A stretch of 64,000 bases of DNA from the human T2T-CHM13v2.0 reference genome, Homo sapiens. How positions within the stretch are numbered: the stretch's first letter is position 1; every line of letters starts with the position of its first letter. The notes below the pieces were generated by a model. That model was not told the origin of the DNA. It ran no database searches and saw only the letters and a list, made by a program, of their open reading frames with translations. The position numbers were made by a program, and so were the translations under genes. Of this stretch, positions 26,323-40,699 are shown piece after piece. The stretch lies in assembly GCF_009914755.1 (NCBI RefSeq), contig NC_060932.1; one strand, given 5' to 3'.

Positions 26323-28086
26323 TCATAGAAAGAAACTATCTGAAATTAATCTTATTAATGTTCTTATTTATTATCTGCCTTCCCTTCAAGAAAGCTAAGT
26401 CCATTAGAACAGGGATCTTCCAAGTCCTATATTCTACCGTAACCTCTGTCCTCAGCACAGGGCCTGGCATATAGAAAGCACTGAATAAGTACGTTTTTGA
26501 CTGGAAGGGAATTTAAAGCAAGGCTTCTCTGAAAGTCATGAATATCAGGAGAATTGTTAAGTAGAAAAAGAGCCAAGCAATATAATGCAACCAAGACTGT
26601 CCTGATAAATGTATACTTTCCAGATTAAAGGAGGTGGCAGTCCTACTAAATACTGCACTGTCAGGCCACAACAGGAGTATGCACAGTGATATGTGACACA
26701 GCAATATTTATCCTTGAGAAAAAAATGGAAACAAGTGACACTAAAAATGTTGGCCACATTGACTGTGATTCTCCACCCCCTTCCAGAGGCGATGCCCCTC
26801 CTACACCCCTGCTGAGGGGAGTTCTAGGCTATTAAACACAGATGGGCAGTGACATGGCCTTGGAGGGAGGGGGACAGGAGGGGAGATACCTATGAGGTAG
26901 CCTGGAAAGAAAGTTCTGCCTGAGAGGAGTTGGGGTGAGTAGCTGGCTCCATCAGACTCCTCCCTCTTGAAAGAAGAAATACTGAGAGAACTAGTCAACT
27001 AGTTAGTGGAGGTTACCCAAAGACACAGAGAGAGTAGCAGAGCCACAAAAGACTAAAGATCATGAATTCCTAACGCTAAACAACATCATTCCAGTTGTCC
27101 CTAATCCTGAAAAAAATGGCTATTCCCATGGCATGTGTTTTACAATACCCCAGTGCTTCATATTATTTTGGAATTGTTTCCTTGCTTCCAAAATAGTCTA
27201 ATGACCTAAATACGTGACCAGAACATCATGTCCTATCCAGTTAATTATGCCCCTTCTGTCTGCTGAATTATCATGCAGACGTTAAAAAGGCTATTAAAGG
27301 GACTGCATGGTAACATGGAAAACAGTATTTATTCTTTAGTGTTACCTGGGTCGGGATTATAAAGTAGGTCTTCTACACCCCTCCTCTTGCTCCCTGGATT
27401 CGTACCCCATCGGCTCACTGTGTGGATACAAAAGTGACTAAAATTTGAGTTCACAGTTTCTGACACACAGTATCTGCTTATAAACACTTGTTTTGAATAA
27501 ATGCTTGCACTGGGATTATAACTTAGCAGAGACCCTTATGTATCAGTAAGAGACTGGAAGGAAAAGCAACATAAGGAAAAATTTCAAATGTCTTAATGTG
27601 GTGGGCCAGGTTCTTTGTGATCTGATCTCTACTTCCTTCTCCTGCCTCAACTCTCAGCCCTTACGTCCTAGATTCTACGCTTCAGCCACAGTGCTATATG
27701 CTGTGGATTTCTCAATGGGTCACGCTGTCTTCTTGCCTGGAGAGCTTTGTTCACCCTGCTCCCTTTGCCCAGGAAGCCTTTCCTCTCCCTCCACCGGATC
27801 ATCTTTCTCCCTTTGCTGGAATAATCCCCATACATCCTTCAGTATCAGCATGGATGTCACCTGCCAGGATGACTCATGTGAGTCTAGGTTAAATGCCCTG
27901 AGGTAGCACTCCTCCACTGAGCTATAGCTGCCAGTTCTCTCAACACTCTCCAAGCCCCTACCCTGTCCCCAGACTGTAGGTCATTTAAAGAAAGAATGAC
28001 ATCTTAACTCTTTATCACCTTCACTATAAATTATGCTCATGATGCATGTGGCAAAATTATACTAATGTATTTTCTCTGGGTGATAA

Positions 28087-28699
<613 letters not shown>

Positions 28700-29197
28700 T
28701 GGCTGATACATTCTTTATTAAGTAATTTTTACTATTGTTAGTTTGGCTTTTGTAAGCTTTCAGTGTTTATCTTAATAAATGTATTTTGTAATAAAACATG
28801 TAATTCTTCAATGTTTCTATTTTCCTATTCTTAAAATAACTGTGTGCAATAGAAGAATGAAGGGCCACTGTTAAATAAAAATCCCTGTAGGATCATGTCA
28901 AATATTGCTCCTGGCAGTTCTTATTTGAATCTCATAACATTTCACAGAAAAGGTCTTCAGTTATCACCAAATACTGGAATGGAGGCAAGATGTGTTTACA
29001 CAAAAGAAGAGAAAACTTTGGCATGGATAGATCTTATGATAAAAAATATTCTCTAACCAAGGAGATTGTCTAGTTCTTGATGGAAGCAAAAAGAATAAAT
29101 GACAAGGAATTGTTTTCCAAATGCTTTCTTCTGTGAGCTCCTTGATTTAGACAAAATTTCATTCCAAGTACTAAAGAAAGAAGAGAGACAGCACAAG

Positions 29198-29200
<3 letters not shown>

Positions 29201-29240
<40 letters not shown>
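29201..29240. repeat. (CA)20 microsatellite
   Basis: Directly visible. Confidence 0.98.
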
Positions 29241-29242
<2 letters not shown>

Positions 29243-30310
29243 GTTATTATTCACTGAAGCCTGTTAGTTAAGCTCAAAGGAAAGCCATTGAAATTCCCTA
29301 TAAAGAAAACACTGTCCGTCAAACCAGGACTGTGTCACTTAAGCCATAATAAGAAGGGAAGAATGTTTATTTCACAGAAGACTGGAACAGTATTAGCGGC
29401 AAAGGAATCATTAAATATTTTAAACAAGAGGCTCCATAGTGGGGTTCCATGTGACAGTCTCCCAGTCCCAGAGCCCTCGGTCTATTTTTCTCCTTTCCTG
29501 CACAAGCGCCTGCTGCCCCGACTCTTTTCAACCTCCCAGGTTCTGAGTGACACCCTGAGAAATCCTAATGGAGTTACCAAAACAAGAGATGATGATTAAT
29601 TTCTATGGGGGAGTTTTAAGAATCTGTGTAGAGATGCAAAACACATTTGACTCCTAGTAGGAAGGTAAATAGGCGGCCACTTCTGCCAGCCATCTCTTCA
29701 TTATCTAATCATTTTTATTAATTCATCTATCCAAAACCCCATCATTTTTTTTTAGGATAGCTGTCACGCAAAACAAAACAAGAAGAAAACATAATTCATA
29801 AGTTGTTTTAACGGCATAAATGGCTCTAAAGCAGTGGGGTTAATTTTATGAAAGTAACATTGTAAGCATTTTAAGAAGCCCTTCTGTAGATTCCAATTGT
29901 TTCCTGATAAATTCATTTGGGTTTTCCTACTTCAATAATGAAATATCAGAGAGGTATGAGCTATCAACAAGCAGAGAGCATGGTCTAGACTAAGCTACCA
30001 ACAGTAAGACTCAATTTAAATTGTATGAAACCTAAGTCATAACTTTGGAAGCAGTCAGTTACATATGCAAAATATAACCCAGATTATGACTGAGTTATAA
30101 CTAACAAATACTAGGCTCACGGAGTTTTCAAAACTAGATGTATATTATATACAGAATCCCCAGATACTATCATTTTCAGCTCCAGATGCCCTTATCAAAT
30201 GTGAAGCCTAATCTTGATAGCTCAGAGAAATGATCACATTGCCCTCCCCCATCCTATACTTCAGGTTCAGTGTATTTTTGCAAACTGTTTACCAAGATGA
30301 ATTGCAGTTC

Positions 30311-30870
30311 TGTGCAGGAAAGTGTTAACATAGCACGCCTGAGGCTTTCCTTAGAAAGTCCTGCAAGATCCGCCCTTGACAATGTCTGGGAACGGGGCTT
30401 GTAAAAAGTTCTCTATACGTATGTGAAGAGTTCTCTAACTGATAAGGTTGTTTTGCTGTGCCTAGACTGTTTGTAGAAACTGTGATTTACAGTGAGCCCC
30501 TACTTTCTTTCTGAGAGCCTGGTATTTGGCAGGGGTTGCTACACAGAGAATGCCTAAGTGACTATCTTCCTAATATGAACCCTAAACTCACAGTCTCCAG
30601 TGGGGTTCCACAGGCAGAAACTGCATACATGTGGCTGCATGTTTCCCAGCTGGGGAAGGTGCACTCTTTATGTAGCCTTTCATGTACAGTGCACAGGAAG
30701 CTATACATGGATTCCTCCAGACTACACTCATCTCTTTTTCCCTTGGTGACACTGTATGCATTCTTGCTATTTCACTGCAATTAATAATAACTGTAAGTGC
30801 AACTAAATGCTGATCCTGAGTCCTCCTAGTAGGACTCAAAATGTAGATGGCCTTGGGGACCCCTGAAACA
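30311..30870 (+). mobile_element. ERVL solo LTR, MER68/MER21-group
   Basis: Start TGTGCAGGAAAGTGTTAACATAGCA, end 'cttggggacccctgaaaca', 560 bp, 5-bp TSD agttc/agtcc. Confidence 0.8.
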
Positions 30871-32768
30871 AGTCCAAAAACAAAATACGACCTTTTACCA
30901 GTCGATCATTAACATTTGTTAATTTTTCTAAAGAGGAAAAGACGGTGCCAGTATTAAATTCTTCCTGATCAGCTTAGAGTTTTAGGAGAGAGACATAAAG
31001 ACACTTGTTCTTCCCTCACGAAATACATCATAGCCTGATGCTGCTAATGTAATGGGTTTTCTATTGTGGGGACATAACTTTTTTTTTTTTTTAAACAAGT
31101 TGTTTTGCTGCTGTTTAGTTTATGGGAAAAGAATAGTTTGGTGACCACAAGGACATGGCTGTCAAACTATAGATTTAGACAGAGCCTGAATAACAAATCT
31201 GTTCCTTGCCAGAGGCAACAAAATAAAACTGAGCAGACAGCTGGAATATGTGCCACCACCACTGAGACCACAGTTTTCTTTCTCTAATCCAATCTTAAGG
31301 AAATATAATTTAATAGAACTAATCTCTACTATTTAAAAATATCTATGTAGTTTAAAAGACATTGGGAACAAATCAATGAATAACTTTTATTATTGAAATA
31401 CTGAACATACTAAACATGAAACTTAGATGTTTAAGAGTATGACATTTTTATTTTTTTCTCCAATGCTGAAGGAAAAAGCTAACAATTTCGTGTGTTTTCT
31501 TTAACTACTTGAAAAGTCCATTAAATGAAACCAAAGATAACTCCGAACAGATATCCACCTGATTGAATGACCCTTTTGCTTTTTAACCTCTCTGGTGTTC
31601 AGAATTCTGGAGAGGATTTGAAACTGCCTTATCCAAATATTTTGTTATAATTCTTAAAGTAATGTGGAACAGGGCCCCATACCTATGCTGAGCTTAGCTA
31701 TGCTAAATTCCAGGGGTGAATTAATAAACCTCTAGTAGCTGTAAGTTTAAATGATTCTTTTGTACAGTTTTAACTGCATAATTGGTCCAATTTTCATTTA
31801 TCTTGCTGGAAAAATACAGACATCATCATTCTCCAAGTAAAAGCTGTGTATCTGAGATATAAAAAAAGTTCCCCAAGAAGACAACAAAGGAAGAGGCTAT
31901 CGTTTACACACAGGACACCAGAAGTTCCTTTCCTTTCAAAAAGGAGAAGTTTTCAAAGAAAAAATGGGAACCAGGGGAGAAGCCAGTCAGTCCATCCTTT
32001 CAGACATTTTTTTTTTTTCCAATAACTTAGCTCCAAAGACCAGGATAAATCACGACGACACAGCGACTCCTGGGAGTTGTTCTGAAGCACAGTGAAGTCA
32101 CTCCATGTCACCCTGGAAGCTAGAAAATATATTTTCCTCCAATAAAACTGTTAAAATCCTATCTCTGGACTTGACCCAGTCTTGCCTGTCACCAGGGAGG
32201 CCTGTTCATAGCAGTTAGGTGGCTGCCATACTTGGTATCTCCTACTGTAGTGAAATGAGGATGTCCTTGTGGTTGAGCAGAAATGAGATGAATGAAATCC
32301 CAGAAAAATCATTATTTTTCTATAAAACAATTAACGTTTAATTGAACATTTAAATTCATAGATAACCCTTTCACGAAAAATGAGATGGGGAAAATTTTCC
32401 TGCAGACTTATCTTGGCAAAGCCACCTCATGCCTATAACTTTTGTCTTTGATAATAACTGATGTAGAAAAAGCATAAAACATGATCATTGATTTCTGTCA
32501 GATGAAAAAGCAGATGGCAAGTGTCCTGATAGCAAAGACTCTGTCTTACATTTTTATTCCTCCTCAATGCCTAGTATGGTGTTTCAAACATAATATGCAT
32601 TCAATAAATGTCTCTGGGTCAATGAATGAGTATGCTAAAAAGATAAAGTAGTAAAACAATAAGGGAGAAAAAACGTAAGGAAATGGTTAATGCGAAACTA
32701 TAACTTTTCCTCCCAAGTCTCCAGGCAACTAAAGTTAGATGACGTTAATGAGACCTGCTGAGAAAAGG

Positions 32769-32910
32769 ATATATATATATATTTGTAAACACACACATTA
32801 TATATCTATATATATTAATATATGTATACATATATTATGTATATATAATAGTTATATACTATATATTATATATAAGTTATATGCTATATGTGTATACATA
32901 TATAAGTTTA
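32769..32910. repeat. Degenerate (TA)n low-complexity tract
   Basis: Directly visible AT-alternating sequence. Confidence 0.9.
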
Positions 32911-34339
32911 TTTTTCTAAAACAGCAAAACAATGCACAAAAAATAAAATAAAGCTCACAATTTGCAAACTGCATGTATAGTTATAGTGTGTGATTCCTCC
33001 ACAGATAGCCCAAGAAAATTTAGGTCATACAGTTGTCATACCATTAGATCAAATTTTAATAGTCCTTTTCACTTAAAACAAGAAGGAAGTTTTATAAGGA
33101 AACAAGACTCAATATATTTTACACAGTCAATTCAATAGCACAAATAGATATATGCAGATAAATTCAGCAGAATATATTTTTAGTATGCTTTGCCCAATTT
33201 CCATATTCACTGATATTTATCTGTCAAGTATATAAATACATAAAACATGATTAATCGTGTTTTTGTAAGTAAGTTGAACATGGCTTTCATATATGCCTAG
33301 AGGGCTGTGCTTCAATATTACGGCTTTTATTTTCCCTTCTCCAAAATGGCAACACAATACCCATCTGTCAATCTTATTCCTACTATAATCATCAAGTGGT
33401 AATTAACCTCTCTGGAATATTAAGGACTTTGTGGTCATGGACCTCAATAGAACATTGAAATAACTATGCCTCACTACTCTTCAATGAAATAGGGAAGTAT
33501 CACTAAGAATTAAGGATGGAACACAAAGCTAACTACAAGTTTCTTAAACAAATGTGGCATCAAATTATTTAGAAAATAAATACTTGGAATACCATCTGAT
33601 GCTGCACAGCCACATCCACTCTCCCAAGTCAGTATTCTCATGAATATTGTTTCTTCCCCCTACCCATTCTTGGGAATATCTGAAATGTACAATAAATATT
33701 CTTGTTGCTACTAGCACAGAAATGTAATAAACAAAAACCTATATGAAACCCCTCCAAACTCAGATGAAACCTAAAAAGCAAACACAGGTGACTAGGAAGG
33801 CTCCTCTTTACAGAGTTTGAATCTAGACCAAGCTCAGATCCTGCCACCACAACTGAGGTCCCCGGATCAGTGTCACATAAGGTTCAGGGTGCAGAATGAT
33901 CCTATGGCTTCACAATATCTCTTCACTGTCAAGATGCTCTTCGCAGAGGGAGCTGAGAGTAGCTGAATCATCCATCAGATGCGTCTTCTCTAGAAATACC
34001 TGACAGTGATTTTCCAGAAACACCGTCTGAGAACTTACCAGTGTCTCACAGTAGACTCTCCTGGGTTTTCTATACCCAAGAATATAACAAATATAAAGTG
34101 ATATCCTCAGTCTTTCCAGCAAGAAAAAAAGGCCAGGACACGAAGGGCTCCATGATGCCACAGGACAAAGCAAAAATGCCAGCAGTGTTTTGTTAAAAGT
34201 CTGCTCCTCCTTTGCTGGTATTTTTGAGGTGTAATATAACACACAGCCAAGTAAGTGACAAGTAAAAGCTCTAACTGGTCATCTATGGTCCAAGTCTGAT
34301 AACTAACTGGAATCAGAATGCATTTCAGTGTTTTGTGAA

Positions 34340-34702
34340 TGACATGGCTTGGCTGTGTCCTCACTCAATTCTCATCTTGAATTGTAGGTCCCTTAATTCC
34401 CATGTTTTGTGGGAGAGACCCAGTGGGAGATAACTGAATCATGGGGGTGGTTTCCCCCATACTGTTCTCATGGTAATGAATAAGTCTCACGAGATCTAGT
34501 GGTTTTGTAAGGGGTTTCCCCCTTCGCTTGGCTCTCGTTTCTTTGCACTTGCCTGTCACCATGTAAGACGTGCCTTTAGCTTTTCACCATGATTGTGAGG
34601 CCTCCCAGCCATGTGGAACTGTGAGTCCACTAAATCTCTTTCTTTACAAATTACCCAGTCTCGGGTATATCTTTATTAGTAGTGTGAGAACAGACTAATA
34701 CC
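34340..34702 (+). mobile_element. THE1 solo LTR (ERVL-MaLR)
   Basis: TGACATGGCTTGGCTGTGTCC...CAGACTAATAC. Reverse-complement homologue of 4520-4881. Confidence 0.95.
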
Positions 34703-35388
34703 GTAGAATACAATAAAGTATACTCTAGAAACTTTCACTTATATCAAGTATAATAGTTAAAAACTTGGAAAAAGGGAGATGGATCACTGATTTGTACAAT
34801 AAATTCCTTACTAGCAAGTAATACTGAGAAGTGAAAGAAAGAGTAACATTTACATAAAAGGTGATGAGGACCAGATGGCCACTGCCAGACCCTGAGGGAT
34901 TTGGGTGTGTTGCCAGGGGGTTGGTAGTTATTGATGGGAAAGAGGAGAGAGCAGCTGCCATTTTCCTAAGTTCCCACCATATTCCCGGCATTGTATTAAG
35001 TGATTCATACGAGTGATGTAACATCGCTCACATTAACTCTGTGAGGTTGAAAGTCTGGAAATGTCCAAAGCTGGAAGTAGACTATTATTGGATTAAGTAT
35101 TAAATGTTTCAACTAAATATTGAATTTGGATTATATTTCAGCCAAACACTAATTATTAAAGAGAGGAGAGGCAACTTGCCCATTTCAGTCCAACTGGAAT
35201 TTTCCTCAAGGATAGCAAATCTGAATTCTAATGATTCTGGCACTTTTTTCTAATGCTTAATATTGAAAATAAAGTTAGACACTAAAATTGCTTAATATTA
35301 AAAATTAAGTTAGACAGTAAGTGTGAATAATAAAGCTCTGACAAATTCCAATATCAAATATCAAACCAACCATGACTCTAAACTCATG

Positions 35389-35591
35389 ATTCATATGAGA
35401 CTAAAAAATAGATTATTTTTCAATATATTCCAAAAACTCACTGCTGTTTTTCTCAAGTATTATTTTTAAAAAATATTTTGTGAAATGCATTATTCACATG
35501 AAACTAAACAATAGATTACTTTTCAATATATTCCAAAAACTCACTGCTGTTAGTTTTTCTCAAATATTATTTTTAAAACATTTTGTGAAAT
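35389..35591. repeat. ~103-bp tandem duplication
   Basis: Copies start at 35389 and 35492 and share the exact block 'ttttcaatatattccaaaaactcactgctgtt'. Confidence 0.92.
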
Positions 35592-35834
35592 ATGTTAAAA
35601 TTTTACATGTGTAAATATACTTTTATATACATGGATTTATTTTAACTTTTATCAAGCACATGATTTTAAAATCAAATGGTACTATAAGACTGACAATTAA
35701 AAATAGCAGCCTTTTGCCCTCTCCAACTTCCCTGAGTCCAAATGATCAAAAGACACTTTCAACTCTTTTAGCTGTTTTCTTTAGTATTTATCTTCATATT
35801 TTAGGTAACGTTCTTCAACTGCCATGCTTATCCC

Positions 35835-36119
35835 TTTATTTGAGAGAGGTCCTTGCCCTTTTGCCCTTCTACAGTAGAGTGGTGCAGTCACAGCTCACTG
35901 CAGCTCCCGCCTCCCAGGCTCAAACGATCCTCCTGCCTCAGCCTCCCAAGTAGCTGAGACTACAGGTGCATGCCACCATGCCTTATACTCTTTGAAATTT
36001 TACAGAGATAGTGTCTCACTATGTTGCCCATGTTGGTCTCCAACTCCTGACATCAAGTAGTCCTCCTGCCTCAGCCTCTCAAACTGCTGGGATTACACGC
36101 ATAAGCCAGCAAGACTAGC
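35835..36119 (-). mobile_element. AluJ-like, diverged
   Basis: Antisense Alu flanked by TSD tgcttatcc. Confidence 0.9.
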
Positions 36120-37149
36120 TGCTTATCCTTTTTTTTTTTAATAGCAATTGGTATCCCAGTGTGGAAGATCAGGATTTAGTTCTCTTACTTTTTCAACACA
36201 CTTTTCCTCTCCATCCTCTCCCCTCGAAAATCCAATCAATTTAACCATTACAATTTTTAGTAACAATAATACTATTTATATAACAGTATTTTGTCTTAAA
36301 TATTGTTCCTAACTAAGCCCAATGATGCACTGTCATTATAGTTTTCTTAGACAACTTTTTGTTTTTTCTTGCTATTAATAACTGCTTCAATTTTTCATTT
36401 GGTTGATTTCTCTATGTATCTAACATTAATTTTCCCCACACTCTAACACAGAACTAGAAAACTGATAGATAAACAATTAGGTACTTTTTCCAATTTCTTT
36501 TGTTTTTTTCCTCAGGCCATCCTTCCTGGTCTCTTCATCCCCTGGTCCAATCAAGACAGCCTGTTCTCCAGGCCTGACACAGGTGATGTTCAAAGGTCAC
36601 CCTGAAACTTCCCCTTTTCTCCCCATCAGGAAACTTTCTTCACTTTCCCCAATTTCCTACTTTTTTTTTTTTTTTTTTTTTTTTGGCGTATTCACTCACC
36701 TTCTCCAGAAACTTCCCAAGAAAGGGTGCAGAGGAGGCTAATTTTTGAGACCTTGCATTTCTGTCTGAAAATATCCCTATTCTACCGTTGCATTTGGCTG
36801 ACAGTTTGACCAGGTAAAGGCTTCAGATTGGTGATCATGTTCCCTGAGATTTGGAAAGTACAGCTGTATTTCTTCTAGGTTCCACTGTTGCTAAGAAGTC
36901 AGATGCTGGAATGTTTGCTGAGCCTTTGTATGCGACCTACCTTTTCTCTGTTAAACATTTTTGGGAAATCTCTTTTTGTTTTTAATTCAGACTTCAATAG
37001 ATGTGTCCTGGAGTTGGTCTTTTTTCTTCCATTCATTGTGCTGGGCACTTAATGTACTCTTTCCACATGGAAATTCATATTTTTCAATTCTGTAGCATTT
37101 TTGTGTAGTTGTCTCTTCTGCATTTTCTTCATTCTCTTTCTGAAACTTT

Positions 37150-37286
37150 GCTTTTTTAGGTTTTTGTTTTTAAGCGAAGGAGTCTTGTTGTGTTGCCCAG
37201 GCTGGCCTCAAACTCCTGAGCTCAAGCAATTCTCCCACCTCAGCTTCTCAAACAGCCAGGACAACAGATGTACAGCACTGCACCTG
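37150..37286 (-). mobile_element. Alu left monomer (FLAM/AluJ fragment)
   Basis: 'gtgttgcccaggctggcctcaaactcctgagctcaagcaattctcccacctcagc'. Confidence 0.85.
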
Positions 37287-38063
37287 TCTGTGAAACTCAT
37301 TAGAAAAACAGATTTTGGACTTCTTAAAGTGAGCCTCTTGTATCCTCCTCTGCCATGTTTTCCATCTCTGTGCTTTTATTCTACTTTCTGGGCAATTTCA
37401 TTCACAGTCCAACTCCTCACTGAATTTTTAATTTCTGTCATCATGCTTCTCATTTCCAAGCCCTCTTTCATGGATGCAATATCTTCTCTAATGTCTCACA
37501 GAATACCAATTATAGGTTTTTGAAGTTTTTTTCTTCCCCGCTTTTCCCCTTATTTCCTCTGAGACGTCTTTCCTGCTTATTTATTTGGTCTCATTCCTTC
37601 ATCTTGGTGACGATCCTCAAATGTATAGTGATCCTTCACTGTCTACCCTGAAATCTAAAACTGTGCATTTAAGTGATGTCACTGGGTGAGGACATAGCCA
37701 TTTTATTTCGGGGGGCAGGGGCCTTCAAATGTCTTCAACTGGTCTTTCTCAGATGTGAATCCTCTAATCCTGGCATGGTGGAAGATAAGCCCCATTGTCA
37801 GAGTTCTGGGTGCTTAGAAGGAAGATAGCACCATTCCATACAGATTTTCACAGAAAACTCCTATTTTCTCTAGCATGCTTTACCCCTACTCTCATTTGTA
37901 TCTACTGTTTCCAAGTCCAAGGCTTCTGGAAAACATACCTGCAAGGGTATTTGTCCAGACACGTGGTTAGAATGGGCTCCCACTACTCCTTATTCTGACT
38001 TCCCAGCAATCACCAGTTTTGGCCTCACCCTTCACATCTGTCTTCTGGCAGAGCTTGTGGTTC

Positions 38064-38615
38064 TGAAACCACGCCCCAGGGTTAGAAAAGCTATTAACCA
38101 GCAAAATTTCAAGAGTTTGTTTTGCAGAACAATGAAGAAAAAAACAACTGAAGAAGAAAAGAGTATGTTACAATTCCCTTATTTACAACAAAGTCGGATA
38201 ACAGGCTGACACCAGCTGGAACCAACATGGCAGACAGCAGTCTGAGTAGGAAAGACTTGCTCATTGATGAGTGACCTTTGACCTCAGAGAGCCGGAAACT
38301 CCACCTTCAGATCATGCTCATTCCACCATTTTCTGAGCAAGCAGCCCATGAAGCATGTCAGGACAACAGCACATGCCCAAAGGCCCTTACCAACCCCTTC
38401 CCTTCAAGCCAATCTCTGTGCAGACCCGAAACTCCACTTGCAAAATCTCTCCCTCAATTGGGTGGCAAAGTCAGTAGGGTGAGACAGATTAGAGCATTTC
38501 CTCCTGTCTCCCTGTCGGTTCACTGGCAATAAACTTCTCTCCCTGGAAGAACCATGCTTCAGCGTTCGGCTTCCTATTGCGTGCAAGCAAATAGATCCAG
38601 TCTGGTTTGCTTACA
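38064..38615 (+). mobile_element. ERV1 solo LTR, MER67-like
   Basis: TG...CA, 552 bp, exact 4-bp TSD GTTC, AATAAA near the 3' end, 'ggaaccaacatggc' motif. Subfamily from memory. Confidence 0.75.
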
Positions 38616-40523
38616 GTTCCAAGTCTGAAGCTTTCCTAGTTCTGACCACCAATCAATCTGCTTTGGGTTGGCTTTCCTCCCAGTGGGCACTTGGCTTTCG
38701 GTACTCTCCCTTCTGCTAATCCAATTCCCACTCAACAATTTGCTTGCCATCTCCCAAAAATTTGTTGACATTCTCACCCACTAAGCCTCATGTCACATTT
38801 TCTTTGTCCCTAGGAATTTATATCTTATTTTTTACCTATCATGTTCAGTAGTCTTAGGAGGACAAAGAGATAAACAAATGTGTTCCAATTGTCCTATATA
38901 ACCGTAAGTTCAAAAATCTTTCCATCATGAAAAAAATTCAGGTTAGAAGTCTTGGTTGGAATAACTCTCTAAAATAGGGTATCATTCCTTTAGGTTAACT
39001 AGCACTGGATCATACCCTGGCAAAAGAATTACATCAATTTTTTAGTCTACAAATCATAATTTATAAATGACATGGAGAGATTTCAGATGGGATAAAAAAT
39101 AGTAATTAGAGGATTTGGAAACTGGCTTAAAAGAGCTAAACAAACAGATTAGATTATACCATGAAAAGAAGACTAATGAGGGATTTAATAATGGCCATTG
39201 AGTAGATGAAGAATTATTATAGACACAAGATGGTTGGCCTAATTTCTCTGTTTCCATTTCAAACACAGTAAGAAAGTGGACTTAAGATATCACATAAGGA
39301 AAATTTACTTACAGTGAAGTATATTAAATATTACCAGAAGAGGGTGTAGAGTTTTCTTTTCTGGAATAATATTAAAAGTGAAAATGGGCCACTCCTTAAA
39401 GGTAAAATGCTAATTTGACAACTCAATTCCTTCCAGCTGCATTTTTCCCTTCCAACAGACCTGCATGCAGAAAATTATCACTCCGAGACCAAGTTTCTTT
39501 TTTTTGTCTAATAGAAACATCCTTCTATGGATAAGAAAGATGACTTTTAAAGCAAGCTCAGCTCAGTTTCAAGATACATACTTGCAAGCTCCCATCACTT
39601 TTCAGGGAAATTAAAGATGGACTTTTTATACATTAAAAACATGACGACATTCAAAATGTGGATGGCACTTCAATACTGAGATGAAAATTTGTATTGCTGA
39701 TGTTTTCAATTTTTCTTTGCAACAGATTGCACTGTTAAAAAGTATTAGTTTCCTTGTGTAAAAAGTGTCATGAAAAGAAAGTCTAACTGTAGCTAAACAG
39801 AATGCTTATAAGAACAGAATGTAAAGAACTTTTCCTTTCCCATTCACCCTCCCAAGTGAACTGCAAACAGGTACTCCTTCAAAAACGTACTAAGAACAGG
39901 AGAGTGGCTGATGAGAGGCCCTGGGGAAAAACAGAGGCAGGGAAGACTGTGCTCAGGATACATGGAAGACACACCCTGGAGAACATAAGGAAGGCTCAAG
40001 CACATGACGTCTGCCTCCACTGTGCATTTGATTTTTATGTTATCGTTTTTGTTAAAGAAATATAGTTTTGTGCCCATTTGTTTTTAGTACAGAAATTTGA
40101 GCCTGGCCTCACACAAGAATCAATTCCAGACAGACAGAAGACCTCTATGTGAGAAACAAAACAACATTTCTAAAAACAAGTGTAAGATAATACCTTCATG
40201 ACCTCAGGTTAAAAAGAGATTCCCTAAACAAGACAGAAAAAGCACTAACCCCAAAGATTGGTCCACTGAACCACACTAAAATAAAATTGAAAAAAACCTT
40301 CTGTTTATTAAATGGTACCCTAAAGGAACTAAAAGGCAAGACAGAGGGGCAAAAATGTGGCTTCTTCCAATATGAGTGAACCAAAATTTCACTAAATGCC
40401 TGTGAGTGGGGAATCAGTACCTGATAAGAAAGCACTCTATCTTCTGGCATTTGGGAGGCCCAAAATGCAAGAGCTTCTCTCGCCTATCCCAAACTCCTAT
40501 CACTCAAAACAAAGCCTGCCAGT

Positions 40524-40643
40524 CAAAAAGCTCAAACAATTTATATACAAAAAGCTTAAACCATTTATATACAAAAAGCTCAAACCATATATATATATAA
40601 AAATACATTTATGTATATAAATACATATATATATATATATATA
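40524..40643. repeat. 24-bp x3 minisatellite grading into (TA)n
   Basis: caaaaagctcaaacaatttatata / caaaaagcttaaaccatttatata / caaaaagctcaaaccatatatata. Confidence 0.92.
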
Positions 40644-40699
40644 AAAAAATATGTCAGCCTTTCTATTACTTCTTATGAATGAGCAGACACCCAAGGATG

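Larger units (their letters stand above)
36200..38930 (-). mobile_element. HAL1/ancient L1 ORF1-like relic, interrupted
   Basis: 'aatttttgagaccttgcatttctgtctgaaaatatccctattctacc...ttccactgttgctaagaagtcagatgc' resembles recalled HAL1. T-rich. Boundaries approximate. Confidence 0.55.
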
